From an uncultured Rivularia sp. (lineage in GTDB: Bacteria > Cyanobacteriota > Cyanobacteriia > Cyanobacteriales > Nostocaceae): 64,000 bases of DNA. Under the pieces are notes generated by a model. It searched no databases. It saw nothing but the letters and a program-made list of their open reading frames with translations, and had not been told where the DNA came from. The stretch is from assembly GCA_963665115.1 (NCBI GenBank), contig OY762007.1, positions 5,376,001 to 5,440,000 on the forward strand, written 5' to 3'. Shown here piece after piece: positions 1 to 10,702 of this stretch. Numbering within the stretch: position 1 is the first letter of the stretch; each line of letters starts with the position of its first letter. Made by a program: the position numbers and the translations under genes.

Positions 1-2
1 AT

Positions 3-666
3 CTGGCTTTAATTTACGTTTCACAGGGACGCTACCAAGGAGCAGAAACCCTTTTACTCCAAGCTTTGCAAATAAATAAAAAACTGCTGGGTGAAGAACA
101 TCTTGACGTTGCACTAAGTTTGAATAGTCTAGCTGGACTTTACTACTCTCAGAGATGCTATCAAAAAGCAGAACCTCTCTTCTTACAAGCTTTGCAAATA
201 AATAAAAAACGACTAGGGGAAGAACATCTTGACGTTGCACTAAGTTTAAATAATTTGGCTGCATTTTACTACTCACAGGGACGTTACCAAGATGCAGAAC
301 CCCTCTTCCTCCAAGCTTTGAAAATGTGGAAAAAACTGCTGGGAGAAGAAGACCCCCTACGTTGCAAATAGTTTGAATAATCTAGCAGGGCTTTACGTTT
401 CACAGCTACGCTACCAAGAAGCAGAATCTCTTCACAAGCAAGCTTTGCAAATGAGAAAAAAACTGCTTGGAGAAGAACATCACGACGTTGCAAATAGTTT
501 GAATAATCTGGCAGAACTTTACCATTCACAAGAGCGTTATGAAGAAGCAGAACCTCTTTATCTGCAAGCTTTATCAGTCGCTGAAAAAACATTGGGAATA
601 AATCATCCTCACACTAATGCTATCCGTGAGAATCTGCAATATTTACGCGATGTTCACAATTCATAA
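3..666 (+). CDS. Tetratricopeptide-repeat protein (kinesin-light-chain-like 42-aa repeats), 5' partial; apparent +1 frameshift at C-run 353-357
   Basis: Repeats of LGEEHxDVAxSLNNLAxLYxSQGRYxEAEPL. ORFs 66..371 and 373..666 join if one C is removed from gaccccctac. Confidence 0.85.
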
Positions 667-972
667 TTTTAGGAAGCTGTTGTTCTTTTGGTGATATCAT
701 TCCCTTTTTGCAAAAATATGAATTTAAAAAAACCGCAGAGACGCAGAGAACCCAGAGGAAAGAAATAAAGAGAGATAATTTAGAGCGGTATAGAATAAAT
801 TTAGAATCAAAATGCTATTACTCTACTTTTATAAACCGCAAATAATTATAAAAAATTTGTGCAACAGGTTGTTGCACTATTAGTTTATTAAAATAACCTT
901 CTGCAAAAGCCCTGCGTATAAAAAATTGAAACAAATTAATTCGTCCAACAACTTGTTGGGCTATTTCTCATT

Positions 973-1068
973 AACCCACGCAGGTGGGTTTTGCCCGTGT
1001 AGACAAGCCACTGCGTTGGGCGGGTTCCCCGACTTGTAGCAAGTGGCGCGCGGTTTCCAACCGCCAGG
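973..1068. repeat. Small dispersed palindromic repeat with a nested second element
   Basis: aacccacgcaggtgggtt hairpin ... gtgtagac[aagccactgcgttgggcgggttccccgacttgtagcaagtggcgc]gcggtttccaaccgcc. GC-rich in AT-rich intergenic DNA. Confidence 0.55.
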
Positions 1069-1087
1069 TAAAATATAAACCACACCA

Positions 1088-3355
1088 TCATTCCTGATAA
1101 ACCAAAACCGGAACTCTTTTAAAAGCCGGAGTACCGCAACGCTCTTCAACTTCCGCTTTAAATATCGCATTAACTTCCGGATAAAACATTACTCCGGCAC
1201 CTTCACGCACCTCTCCAAAAATAATTTCCACATTCTCTAATTCCCCCACATTTCCTCTTACATTAACCCGTTGATGTTGTCTAAACCCTGCTTTTCCAAC
1301 ATCATTTTTATTCATTAAAATACAGTTACGATGCGGTATTCCGCGATATTTATCTTCAGTTTGATAAACTACTGTATTATGTTGCGCGTAACTGCGTCCG
1401 GTCATTAATGCGACAACTATTCCTTGGGTACTATCGGCAACGTCAAAGTCTTTTATTTTAGGAAGTTTTAATTCTGGTAATGGTGTAACAAACATTTTGG
1501 CTTTACCGGAAGGTGTGGAAAATTTAGGACTTTTTAAAATTCTTCCTTCAATAGTAAATTCTTCTTCTGTTTTGTCAATCTCCCCGATTTTCTCGTATCC
1601 GGGAATTGTTTGAGCTATCAATTGTCTAACGTATTTAGTATCTTGTAATTTACGCCAGTTGACGGGATATTCACCATGTATTCGATGTGCTAATTCTGTA
1701 AGAAAATCAACTTCTGAAATCAAGTCGGATTTTTTGAGATGGGTTTCTCCTTCGTCGTTGAGTCTGACAAAGTTATTACCGGATTCAACTGTAGTTTTGT
1801 GAGGATTTTCAAAGCGGTTAAATACAGGAATAATAATCGTATTTTTATTAGCTAATCCGTGGAAATGTCCGAGGTTTGGTTTTGTTGCTAAATAAATGAT
1901 GGTTTCAATTTTATTTAGCGCTCTTTTTACTTTATTCAAATCGGGATTAGCAGCATATAAATTACCACCGACGCAAATTAATGTATCAACTTTGCCAGCG
2001 TCAGCAGCTTCAATTAAAGCGTGGGTATCGTATCCTTTGACTTTGGAGAGCGATCGCCCTAATATTTTTTCTAATGCTTGTTGAATTTCTTTTTTAAGCC
2101 TTACCGTGACACCCATTGAGCCGAAACCTTGGACGTTTGAATGTCCCCGTATCGGCATGACTCCAGCACCTTCTTTACCGATATTACCAGTCATCAAAGC
2201 GGTATTGACAATACTATAAATGTTATCAACACCGTTTTTTTGCTGAGTAATTCCCATAGCCCAAGCAAATACAACTTTTTGAGAATTAATAATTATATTC
2301 GCAGCGGTTTCAATTTCTATTTGAGACACACCGCAAATAGAAGTAATCTTATCCCAACTTGTATTTTCGACATGATTAATTACCGCTTGCCAATCTTCGG
2401 TATAAGCTTGTAAAAACTCATTTTTAATTTTACCTTTTGCTAATAAATATTTTTGAATTCCTGTAAATAATCCCACATCGCTACCGGGAATTGGCTGTAA
2501 ATAAATTGAAGCAATATCCGAACCTGTAAACAATGAATTTAAAAAAGCAGGGGAAGCAAATTTTTCTAAACCAACTTCCTTCATTGGATTAATTACAATT
2601 ATTTTCCCTCCACGCTCCCTTAATTTAATCAATTCATTCATCAACCGGGGATGATTGTAAGCAGCATTTGAACCAGCTAATACAATGCAATCCGCTTGTT
2701 TCAAACTTTCTAAACTAACAATAGAAGTACCAGTACCAAGAGTTTGTTTCAATCCAAAACTCGAAGGAGCATGACATAAATCCGAACAGTCAGCTAAATT
2801 ATTAGAACCCAAAGTTCTCATCATTAACTGTAATAAAAATGCCGCTTCATTAGATGAACGCCCGGAACTGTAAGAAGCTATTCTCTCCGGGGTTTTAGCA
2901 AAAGCTCGATCGCAAATACTATAAATTTCATTCCACGAAATACGTTCGTAATGCGACTTCCCCGCACGCAAAATTACAGGGAAACTCCATCTTCCCAATC
3001 TATCAGCTTCTCGTGAAGTTAATTGCTGCAATTTTTCAATATTTCGCTGTTGAAAAAACTGCTTGGGAATCGCTGGTTGAATTTCTGCTGAAATCGACTC
3101 AACACTCTTCATACACCGCTGCAACTTTTCCCCTTCTTCGTTAGTAAAACCACCTTTTTGTCCACCAGTACCCCAAGCACAAGATAAACAAGCGCTTTTA
3201 TGCAATAAAGTTTTCCAAAGTTTGACTCCTTCGGGTGACAAAGTATGTTCAGCCCAATAGCCGATAATAGGTAAACCTCCACCCATATCCGGTGCATTTT
3301 CGTTTGTATTGTCAAATGTCGGAGTTGGTTTGGGGTAGGAATTATCTTTATTCAT
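1088..3355 (-). CDS. FdhF/YdeP-family molybdopterin oxidoreductase (start uncertain; ORF is open to 3427)
   Basis: CLSCAWG, YSSGRSSNE, NNLADCSDLCH, PIRGHSNVQG and a C-terminal molybdopterin-dinucleotide-binding domain (TGRS...HNT, FYPEVN). Confidence 0.88.
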   Translation of the reverse strand: MNKDNSYPKPTPTFDNTNENAPDMGGGLPIIGYWAEHTLSPEGVKLWKTLLHKSACLSCAWGTGGQKGGFTNEEGEKLQRCMKSVESISAEIQPAIPKQFFQQRNIEKLQQLTSREADRLGRWSFPVILRAGKSHYERISWNEIYSICDRAFAKTPERIASYSSGRSSNEAAFLLQLMMRTLGSNNLADCSDLCHAPSSFGLKQTLGTGTSIVSLESLKQADCIVLAGSNAAYNHPRLMNELIKLRERGGKIIVINPMKEVGLEKFASPAFLNSLFTGSDIASIYLQPIPGSDVGLFTGIQKYLLAKGKIKNEFLQAYTEDWQAVINHVENTSWDKITSICGVSQIEIETAANIIINSQKVVFAWAMGITQQKNGVDNIYSIVNTALMTGNIGKEGAGVMPIRGHSNVQGFGSMGVTVRLKKEIQQALEKILGRSLSKVKGYDTHALIEAADAGKVDTLICVGGNLYAANPDLNKVKRALNKIETIIYLATKPNLGHFHGLANKNTIIIPVFNRFENPHKTTVESGNNFVRLNDEGETHLKKSDLISEVDFLTELAHRIHGEYPVNWRKLQDTKYVRQLIAQTIPGYEKIGEIDKTEEEFTIEGRILKSPKFSTPSGKAKMFVTPLPELKLPKIKDFDVADSTQGIVVALMTGRSYAQHNTVVYQTEDKYRGIPHRNCILMNKNDVGKAGFRQHQRVNVRGNVGELENVEIIFGEVREGAGVMFYPEVNAIFKAEVEERCGTPAFKRVPVLVYQE
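2050..2057. repeat. HIP1 octamer GCGATCGC (example copy; many others, e.g. 15413-15420, 26360-26367)
   Basis: GCGATCGC recurs throughout the window, a hallmark of cyanobacterial genomes. Confidence 0.9.
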
Positions 3356-3565
3356 ATGACTTACCAATAATAAGAAGGTAGCGAACATCTCTAAGGTGCC
3401 CACTCTCTTCTTTATATATAGAATCACTATTAATAAATGGAACGTTATACACCATCAGCAATCGGATAATCTCGCATCTTCCTACCTGCATCGGTTCAAA
3501 CGCTGCTCATAGCGACTGATAGGCTTAACATATGAGTCCTATAAAACAAACTTTATTAAAAAAAC

Positions 3566-3594
3566 TTTACAAAACGTAAAAAACACGTTAATGT
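3566..3594 (+). promoter_or_regulatory. Putative psbA promoter, -35 TTTACA / -10 TAATGT; partial HLR1-like motif
   Basis: TTTACA-N17-TAATGT ending 62 nt upstream of the psbA ATG. TTTACA is the typical psbA -35 and HLR1 half-site. Confidence 0.55.
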
Positions 3595-3656
3595 ATAAAT
3601 GTAGGTAAGCGAAAAAGCTTACTGATATATATAAGACAAACGCAATTATCTGAACC

Positions 3657-4739
3657 ATGACAACCACATTACAAAGACGCGAAAGCGCATCAGCGTGGGA
3701 GCAGTTCTGTGGGTGGATTACAAGCACCAATAACCGTTTATACATCGGTTGGTTTGGTATGTTGATGATTCCTACCCTCTTAGCTGCTACCACCTGTTTC
3801 ATCATCGCTTTTGTTGCAGCACCTCCTGTTGACATCGATGGTATCCGCGAGCCTGTTGCAGGTTCGTTGATTTACGGAAACAACATCATCTCCGGTGCTG
3901 TTGTTCCTTCTTCTAACGCTATTGGTTTGCACTTCTACCCAATCTGGGAAGCAGCTTCTCTAGATGAGTGGTTGTACAACGGTGGTCCTTACCAGTTGGT
4001 ATGTTTCCACTTCCTAATTGGCGTATTTTGCTACTTAGGTCGTGAGTGGGAATTATCTTACCGCTTGGGTATGCGTCCTTGGATCTGTGTTGCATTCTCT
4101 GCTCCAGTAGCAGCAGCAACCGCAGTATTCTTGATCTACCCCATTGGACAAGGCTCTTTCTCTGACGGTATGCCTTTAGGTATTTCTGGTACCTTTAACT
4201 TCATGTTCGTGTTCCAAGCTGAACACAACATTTTGATGCACCCCTTCCACCAGTTAGGTGTTGCAGGTGTATTCGGCGGAAGCTTATTCAGTGCAATGCA
4301 CGGTTCTTTGGTAACTTCAAGTTTGGTACGTGAAACAACTGAAACCGAATCTCAGAACTACGGTTACAAATTCGGTCAAGAAGAAGAAACTTACAACATC
4401 GTAGCTGCACACGGTTACTTTGGTCGTTTGATCTTCCAATACGCTTCCTTCAACAACAGCCGTAGCTTGCACTTCTTCTTAGCAGCATGGCCTGTAGTAG
4501 GAATCTGGTTTACCGCTTTGGGAATCAGCACAATGGCGTTCAACTTGAACGGTTTCAACTTCAACCAGTCAGTAATCGATTCTAGCGGTAGAGTTGTAAA
4601 TACCTGGGCTGATGTATTGAACAGAGCTAACTTGGGTATGGAAGTAATGCACGAGCGTAACGCTCACAACTTCCCACTTGATTTGGCTGCTGGCGAAACT
4701 GCTCCTGTAGCAATCAGCGCTCCCGCAATCAACGGTTAA
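3657..4739 (+). CDS. psbA: Photosystem II reaction-centre protein D1, standard 360-aa form with Glu130
   Basis: Unmistakable D1 sequence. Mn-cluster ligands D170, E189, H332, E333, D342 and A344 are present. Confidence 0.99.
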   Translation: MTTTLQRRESASAWEQFCGWITSTNNRLYIGWFGMLMIPTLLAATTCFIIAFVAAPPVDIDGIREPVAGSLIYGNNIISGAVVPSSNAIGLHFYPIWEAASLDEWLYNGGPYQLVCFHFLIGVFCYLGREWELSYRLGMRPWICVAFSAPVAAATAVFLIYPIGQGSFSDGMPLGISGTFNFMFVFQAEHNILMHPFHQLGVAGVFGGSLFSAMHGSLVTSSLVRETTETESQNYGYKFGQEEETYNIVAAHGYFGRLIFQYASFNNSRSLHFFLAAWPVVGIWFTALGISTMAFNLNGFNFNQSVIDSSGRVVNTWADVLNRANLGMEVMHERNAHNFPLDLAAGETAPVAISAPAING

Positions 4740-4753
4740 TAATTAAATAATTT

Positions 4754-4780
4754 GGAGACGTAGCACTGCTACGTCTCTAC
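4754..4780. repeat. GTAG-type REP-like palindrome (related copies at ~38405-38432, ~39219-39250, ~45818-45845)
   Basis: gagacgtagca-c-tgctacgtctc-tac inverted repeat; similar gtagagacg...cgtctcta elements elsewhere. Confidence 0.65.
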
Positions 4781-4785
4781 ATCAT

Positions 4786-4820
4786 AAAAACGCCTTCCGA
4801 GCAATCGGGAGGCGTTTTTT
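4786..4820 (+). terminator. Rho-independent terminator of psbA
   Basis: aaaaacgccttccga-gcaa-tcgggaggcgtttttt. Confidence 0.9.
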
Positions 4821-4929
4821 GCTGTGCGATTTTTATTCTGTTTAAAATACAAGTAGTTATTATAGGTTCAAAATTTTAATTTTAACTTCACTGTTAACAT
4901 CGAAATAGAACTAAATTAGAAAAATAATC

Positions 4930-5511
4930 ATGGTGGCAATTCCTAATTATCAATACATGACACCCCAGGAATACTTAGACTGGGAGGAACAACAACCGCT
5001 TAAATACGAATACATTGACGGCGAAGCTTTTGCGATGACGGGGGGAACCGTCAATCATGGAACTATTGGTGCTAATTGTCATTATCAATTAAAAACTCAC
5101 CTTCGAGGAGGCTCGTGTCGTGCGTTTGTTTTCGATGTGAAACTCGGTATATCAGAAAATGGTCCCTTTCACTACCCCGATGTAATGGTAAGTTGCAATG
5201 AAATAGATAAACGCGCCACAAAAGTAATTTATCATCCTTGTTTAATTGTCGAAGTTCTTTCTCCTAGTACCGAAGGAATAGATAGAGGAAAAAAATTTCA
5301 AAACTATCGACAAATATCAACTTTAAAAGAATATATTTTAATCAGCGCAGAACAAATAATGGTCGAATGTTTCCGACTCAATGATAAAGGTTTGTGGGAA
5401 CTTCAAACTTATAATCAAGGTGATGAAATTAATTTAACAAGCGTTGATTTCAAATTTCCTATTGAATTACTTTACGAAGATGTAATATTTGAAAATACCG
5501 AATCAAATTAA
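4930..5511 (+). CDS. Uma2-family (DUF820) PD-(D/E)XK putative endonuclease
   Basis: [12 protein letters not shown]...[20 protein letters not shown]. Confidence 0.92.
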   Translation: MVAIPNYQYMTPQEYLDWEEQQPLKYEYIDGEAFAMTGGTVNHGTIGANCHYQLKTHLRGGSCRAFVFDVKLGISENGPFHYPDVMVSCNEIDKRATKVIYHPCLIVEVLSPSTEGIDRGKKFQNYRQISTLKEYILISAEQIMVECFRLNDKGLWELQTYNQGDEINLTSVDFKFPIELLYEDVIFENTESN

Positions 5512-5512
5512 T

Positions 5513-5625
5513 TATCAATTATCAATTACCAATTATCAATTACCAATTACCAATCACCAATTACCAACTACCGATTTTACCAACTCCCAATGCCCAATGC
5601 CCTATGCCCAATGCCCTATTCCCAT
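5513..5625. repeat. STRR heptamer tandem repeats (ATTACCA / ATGCCCA)
   Basis: Tandem 7-mers in the intergenic region. Confidence 0.85.
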
Positions 5626-5666
5626 TACAATAACGACGATATGACTTAAATTTACGGGAAATTATA

Positions 5667-6539
5667 ATGACTCAGGCTCAAATTGGAGTTATCGGTGGCA
5701 GTGGTTTATACAAGATGGATGCGCTGAAAAATGTTGAAGAAATCGAGATAGAAACTCCTTTTGGTAAACCTTCCGATGCTTTGATTGTAGGTAAATTAGA
5801 AGATACGACCGTTGCTTTTTTACCCAGACACAACCGCAATCATACGCTTTTACCTTCGGAGTTACCGTTTCGCGCTAATATTTACGCCATGAAAAAGCTG
5901 GGTGTGGAGTATATTATCTCAGCTTCTGCGGTGGGTTCGTTGAAAGAAGAAGTTAAACCGTTGGATATGGTGGTACCAAACCAGTTTATTGACAGAACAA
6001 AAAATCGAATTTCTACCTTTTTCGGTGAAGGAATAATTGCTCATATTGCTTTTGGCGACCCAATTTGCAATAATTTAGCTGAGATTTTAGCAAGTGCGAT
6101 CGCCTCACTAAATCTCCCTGATGTTACTTTACATCGCGGCGGTACTTATGTATGTATGGAAGGGCCAGCTTTTTCTACAAAAGCGGAATCAAACCTTTAT
6201 CGGAGTTGGGATGCAACGGTTATCGGCATGACTAATTTAACCGAAGCGAAGTTAGCAAGAGAAGCGGAGATTGCTTATACTACCTTGGCTTTAGTGACAG
6301 ATTACGATTGCTGGCATCCCGACCATGATAGTGTAACTGTAGAAATGGTAGTCGGTAATTTACAAAAAAATGCCGTCAACGCTCAAAAGGTAATTCAAGA
6401 AACGGTAAAACGTGTAAGTCAAAATTTCCCGGATAGCGAAGCACATTCAGCTTTGAAAGATGCACTTTTTACAGCTTTGGATAAAGCACCAGCTAAGACG
6501 AAAGAAAAATTAAAGCTGTTGTTGCAGAAGTATTTGTAA
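5667..6539 (+). CDS. mtnP: S-methyl-5'-thioadenosine phosphorylase
   Basis: [37 protein letters not shown]. Confidence 0.95.
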   Translation: MTQAQIGVIGGSGLYKMDALKNVEEIEIETPFGKPSDALIVGKLEDTTVAFLPRHNRNHTLLPSELPFRANIYAMKKLGVEYIISASAVGSLKEEVKPLDMVVPNQFIDRTKNRISTFFGEGIIAHIAFGDPICNNLAEILASAIASLNLPDVTLHRGGTYVCMEGPAFSTKAESNLYRSWDATVIGMTNLTEAKLAREAEIAYTTLALVTDYDCWHPDHDSVTVEMVVGNLQKNAVNAQKVIQETVKRVSQNFPDSEAHSALKDALFTALDKAPAKTKEKLKLLLQKYL

Positions 6540-6692
6540 GAATTGGTAATAGGGGATTGGGCATTGGGGATTGGGCATTGGGGATTGGAAACAGTTAGGG
6601 AGTTTTCTGCCTGCCACTACAAATTGTTTATTTATAAATCTTTCTCCTTGTCTCCCCTCTTCCCCCTTTCTCCATTAGCTATTACCAATTAC

Positions 6693-6859
6693 GGTGTTGC
6701 TGAATCCGGGTATGAGTTTATTTTTTCCTTGATAGTGATGCCGCCTAAATCCCCCAATTCTGGGGGACTTTTAATTATCTTGTTTCCTCATAATTGGAGG
6801 CTCGCGGGGGCTATTCATACTTTTATATGGCTAGCACCACGCTTCGCTAACAGCAACGC
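6693..6859. mobile_element. MITE-like composite repeat with terminal inverted repeats and nested hairpins
   Basis: Left end gtgttgctgaat..gtatga. Right end tcatac....at[atggctagcaccacgcttcgctaa]cagcaacgc. Internal tcccccaattctggggga hairpin. Confidence 0.55.
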
Positions 6860-6915
6860 TGAATTTGCTATTTATACAATAAAGCGGGTAATATTACCCA
6901 CTTCCTAATCGATTT

Positions 6916-9633
6916 CTAACTAAAGAACCAACGTCCTATTTGTCCATCATCAAGATCGACATAATAAAGCTTTCCATCGGGACCTTCGATAATCTGCACG
7001 ACTACATTAGCACCCGTTGCAAATGTATCTACAGAAGTAACATTTCCTAATTCGTCAAAGCTGACATTACGAACAATTCCTTGACCTAAATCATTAAAAA
7101 ATAAGTCTCCTTGATACTCTTCGGGGAAAACATTATCCGTATAAATATCTCCTAAAACAATGGCATTAATTCCCGTGGTACCGTGATTCAAGCCTAATAG
7201 AGAAGGGGTAACTTGTTGGTTGCTAGCATAAAAAGCTTGAGCTGCTGCTAAATTTCTGTAACCACCTGTTTGTAAACTATTGCCATTACCACCTTCATAA
7301 TACGGCCAGCCAAAGTTAGCTCCTGCACCAGCACTATTAATTTCTTCCCATTGCGTCCAACCGACATCCCCTACATAAAGGTCGCCATTTCGGGGGTCTA
7401 CGGTAATACGGAAGGGGTTACGCAAACCTAACTGATACACTTTTGAACGGTTAGAATCAGGGTCCCCATTGTAAAAAGGATTAATAGATATGTGGTTGTT
7501 GTTGATATCCCAACCATTTTGATAAGTATCAAATTCGATTGCTAAACTTTGAGAAATACCAGGAGTAGAAGTATCCTGTATACTGCCATAGCCAAGGTCC
7601 CCTCCTCTAAAACCTAATGCATTTAGGGCTTGGGTGCTATTTTGCAGCATGAAAGTAAATCCATCAGCACCTCCACTTCCTCCTGAAAGTTGGAATTGGA
7701 ATTGAGTCTCAAAAGAAGTACTAGCATTAATAGCTAATGGTCGGTCAAAAAATGCGCTACCTACTTGGAATCCTTGAGAAGATGTCAATCTGAGTGCATT
7801 ACCGGCTTGAGTTGCATTACCGTTCAGGGTGAGTGGAGTAGTATCGGCAAAGTTATCAAAGTCAAGAATTGGTTCTAGTCCAGTTTCATTATCGAGAATA
7901 TTAACTAATGCAGTTCTTGGAGCGAGTAAGGTTGCACCACCAATAATATTATCGATTGTAAAACTAAAATTTTCTCTTCCTTCTGCTAAGCTATCATCCA
8001 AAATCGGAATAGTTACAGCTTTTCTTGTTTCACCATCTGCAAAGGTAACAGTACCAGTAGTAGCACTGTAGTCATCTTCGGCAGTTGCAGTCGCATCAAA
8101 AGTCTGATAATCAACTGTTACAGTACCATCGCTTCCTTGAGTACGCTCAATGATTACATCAACCGTACCGTCTGTTTCGTTAACTTGATAATTATTGGTT
8201 TCTAGCTTAATGACACCAGGATTATCTTGATTATCAATCAATCTAACTTCAACATCATCTAAATAAGCCCCCAAACGGTCGCTGTTACCAATAGCGCGAA
8301 ATTCTAATGGGGTACTATTATCGCTTGCGCTGACATTATAAGTATAGGTTTGCCAGCTATTACTACTTCCTCCAGACCGACTGATGGTATCAATTAATTG
8401 TCCATCCCAGTAAACAGCAATACCATTACTTGCACTCGAAACATTAGCACGAGGACTGTAGGCAAAAGAAAGTTGATATTCGCTGTTGACAGTAGTTTGT
8501 AGATTTTGAATTATTCCACCATTACCCCGACTGTCTAATTCAACCCAAGCAGTACCATCATCTGCATTTCCGAACCGATTAGTTAGCTCTTGAACTTCGA
8601 TTACTGATTGAATCGTAGGGGACCAACCGGGTAAATTTGTAACCAATCCCCACCTGTTAACTGCAATTGGATTATTTTCAAAGCTACCGTTGGTGACAAT
8701 GTTTGAGCCGAGATTAGGAGTGGTGGTGTTATCTATTTCGATGATGCCACGTAATCGAGCCGTCGGGAAATGGTCATCCCACTGACGACTTCTTCCATAA
8801 TTTATCCAGCCAAAGTCTTGAGAACCACCGCCATTATTGGGTTCTCCAGGATACCAATTAGTATAGGTGACAGTTTCTCCACTAGCCCATTCAAACTGTC
8901 CTTCAACACGACGGTCATTAATTCCAATCCAAAAACCTTCATTTTCTCCAAAGGTTTGTTTGAGCCAAGTTTCTTCAGTAGAGTTATTAATCGTAACTAA
9001 ATTCCCTCCCAAACTTTCAGCTTCGGCTTGAGCTTGTTCCCAGCTTTTAACACCATTAGTTAATAAATATTCTTTACCGTTATAAGTAGGTAAAATTGAT
9101 TGATAAGTATTTCGCGTAGCAGCATCAATGGCTAAATTAGCTTCGATATTGCCGACAGTTACTTCTAAGTCCCAATCACCACCTAATTGACTATTACCAG
9201 TTAAATCATCAGAGGCTGCGACATCAGCATTAGTTAATTTACTGAAATTGTTAACGAAGTCAATTCCTGTGATTCCTGCGGCAACATTGCAACCATAAAA
9301 AAGAATATCGCCATTTTCTTTTAAAGAGTCAGACCAGGTTGCTAAATCTTTACTATAGCTACTTAAATTACTAGTATTGAGATTAGTTGAGCCTAATTGT
9401 AGAGAACCTGCTTCACCGTGAGAAAGGATATGAATGCTATCAATTTGATGATAATTAGATAGGGTTTCGGTAATTTGTTCTATACCATCAGAACTCGAAT
9501 CTAAGAGAATTACCTGTGCATTGTTAGCTCCTGAAATTAGAGTTTGATAATTATCTATATTTGAGTCAATAAAAAGAATATTGGAATTAACTTCAAAGTT
9601 TGTATTAATATTGATATCGTTAATATCTATCAT
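6916..9633 (-). CDS. Multidomain cell-surface-type protein: DUF4347, C-type lectin, DUF642-like carbohydrate-binding module, Calx-beta, truncated legume lectin, C-terminal half of a PQQ/sorbosone-dehydrogenase-like propeller
   Basis: IHILSHG...YGCNVA...DVAASDDLTG...GGDWDLE; WEQAQAEA...WIG...W.PGEPNN; GTVTFADGET; GGADGFTF, AIEFDT; GLRNPFR, GDVGW..WEEIN...NFGWP..EG. Confidence 0.8.
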   Translation of the reverse strand: MIDINDININTNFEVNSNILFIDSNIDNYQTLISGANNAQVILLDSSSDGIEQITETLSNYHQIDSIHILSHGEAGSLQLGSTNLNTSNLSSYSKDLATWSDSLKENGDILFYGCNVAAGITGIDFVNNFSKLTNADVAASDDLTGNSQLGGDWDLEVTVGNIEANLAIDAATRNTYQSILPTYNGKEYLLTNGVKSWEQAQAEAESLGGNLVTINNSTEETWLKQTFGENEGFWIGINDRRVEGQFEWASGETVTYTNWYPGEPNNGGGSQDFGWINYGRSRQWDDHFPTARLRGIIEIDNTTTPNLGSNIVTNGSFENNPIAVNRWGLVTNLPGWSPTIQSVIEVQELTNRFGNADDGTAWVELDSRGNGGIIQNLQTTVNSEYQLSFAYSPRANVSSASNGIAVYWDGQLIDTISRSGGSSNSWQTYTYNVSASDNSTPLEFRAIGNSDRLGAYLDDVEVRLIDNQDNPGVIKLETNNYQVNETDGTVDVIIERTQGSDGTVTVDYQTFDATATAEDDYSATTGTVTFADGETRKAVTIPILDDSLAEGRENFSFTIDNIIGGATLLAPRTALVNILDNETGLEPILDFDNFADTTPLTLNGNATQAGNALRLTSSQGFQVGSAFFDRPLAINASTSFETQFQFQLSGGSGGADGFTFMLQNSTQALNALGFRGGDLGYGSIQDTSTPGISQSLAIEFDTYQNGWDINNNHISINPFYNGDPDSNRSKVYQLGLRNPFRITVDPRNGDLYVGDVGWTQWEEINSAGAGANFGWPYYEGGNGNSLQTGGYRNLAAAQAFYASNQQVTPSLLGLNHGTTGINAIVLGDIYTDNVFPEEYQGDLFFNDLGQGIVRNVSFDELGNVTSVDTFATGANVVVQIIEGPDGKLYYVDLDDGQIGRWFFS

Positions 9634-10195
9634 TTATTAATGATTATTGAAAAATATCCTTCTTTAATTTCTTGTAGAAGGTATTATCAAAACTATCATT
9701 AGATATTCGTAGATAAAATCAAGAAATGGTAAAATAGGAATTGCTAGTATAAAAATAAAATCAAGATTACTTAGGCTTTATTTTATATACAAATCAAGAA
9801 TATATGAAGCGATTTATTAACATTAAAAATTGATAATTTATGATTAAATAATATTTTTAATCGGAATTAATCTGAAATTAGAATCAAGTTTCAGTATATT
9901 TAATCTTTATAAGGTTGATTTGGATGGCAAGAGATATTCATCTCAAAAAACTTTTGTCATATCAGTTGCGGTTAATGCTTACTGTATGTGATATATAGTC
10001 GCGACAAAATTAGACGAAAGAATACAAATGCTATATTCACTAAAACTGGTACTACTAGTCCTTTTCATTTGTTCTGACGGGTAAAGATGCGGAGGGGGAA
10101 GAGGGGGAAGAGAGGGTAGAGGGGGTAGAATAATCTTTTATTTTTTCTATACACCCATCAGAATTTATGCAATCAACTACTACTATTCCACCACA

Positions 10196-10570
10196 TTAAT
10201 TTTGCGGGGTTAATAATTGTTCGTAGTTGCGCTTCAGCGCCTCCGGATACCGGAATATGAGGCGCTGAAGCGCAACTACGTACCCCTCAGAATTAATGTG
10301 GTGGAGTACTACTAATAACCAAAAGTTTAATATGCTTAAATTTGCATCTAATAAACTTGTAGTGCGTTCAAGTTTTTCGCCAACACTACGATCTATTTCT
10401 TCTTCTACTTCTTTTTCAATTAAATCTTTTATTTCTTGCTCTCGCTCAATTCTCTGTAATTTTTCTACTACCGCATCGGCACTTGATGATGTTGGTTTTT
10501 GAGCAGTTGTAGTACCTATAGATATTAAAATAATCGACAAAGCAAGCGTAACCTGATTTTTGATTTTCAT
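10196..10570 (-). pseudogene. Signal-peptide-bearing hypothetical protein, apparently truncated, reading into a palindromic element
   Basis: Signal peptide, coiled coil and the start of a hydrophobic segment. The C-terminus is translated from the 22-bp inverted repeat at 10222-10280. Confidence 0.45.
10222..10280. repeat. Perfect 22-bp inverted repeat (GTAG-type REP-like)
   Basis: cgtagttgcgcttcagcgcctc ... gaggcgctgaagcgcaactacg. Confidence 0.85.
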
Positions 10571-10702
10571 GGCAGTTTAAGAATCAGGTAAATAACAATA
10601 CAATAATAGCGACTGTGTAAGCAGCCGCTACATTTGTAGCACACTTAGATTTATAGAGTTGATTGGTTTTCTCTAATACATCTGCTCTGAATATTTACGC
10701 AA

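Noticed and set aside
3539..3835. Antisense ORFs over psbA, and similar ones over gyrB, the ParC-like gene, htrA and glcD
   Set aside because: Shadow ORFs of strongly conserved genes on the opposite strand or in another frame.
6543..6908. 121-aa ORF after mtnP
   Set aside because: Made of STRR heptamers and a MITE-like element; not a plausible protein.
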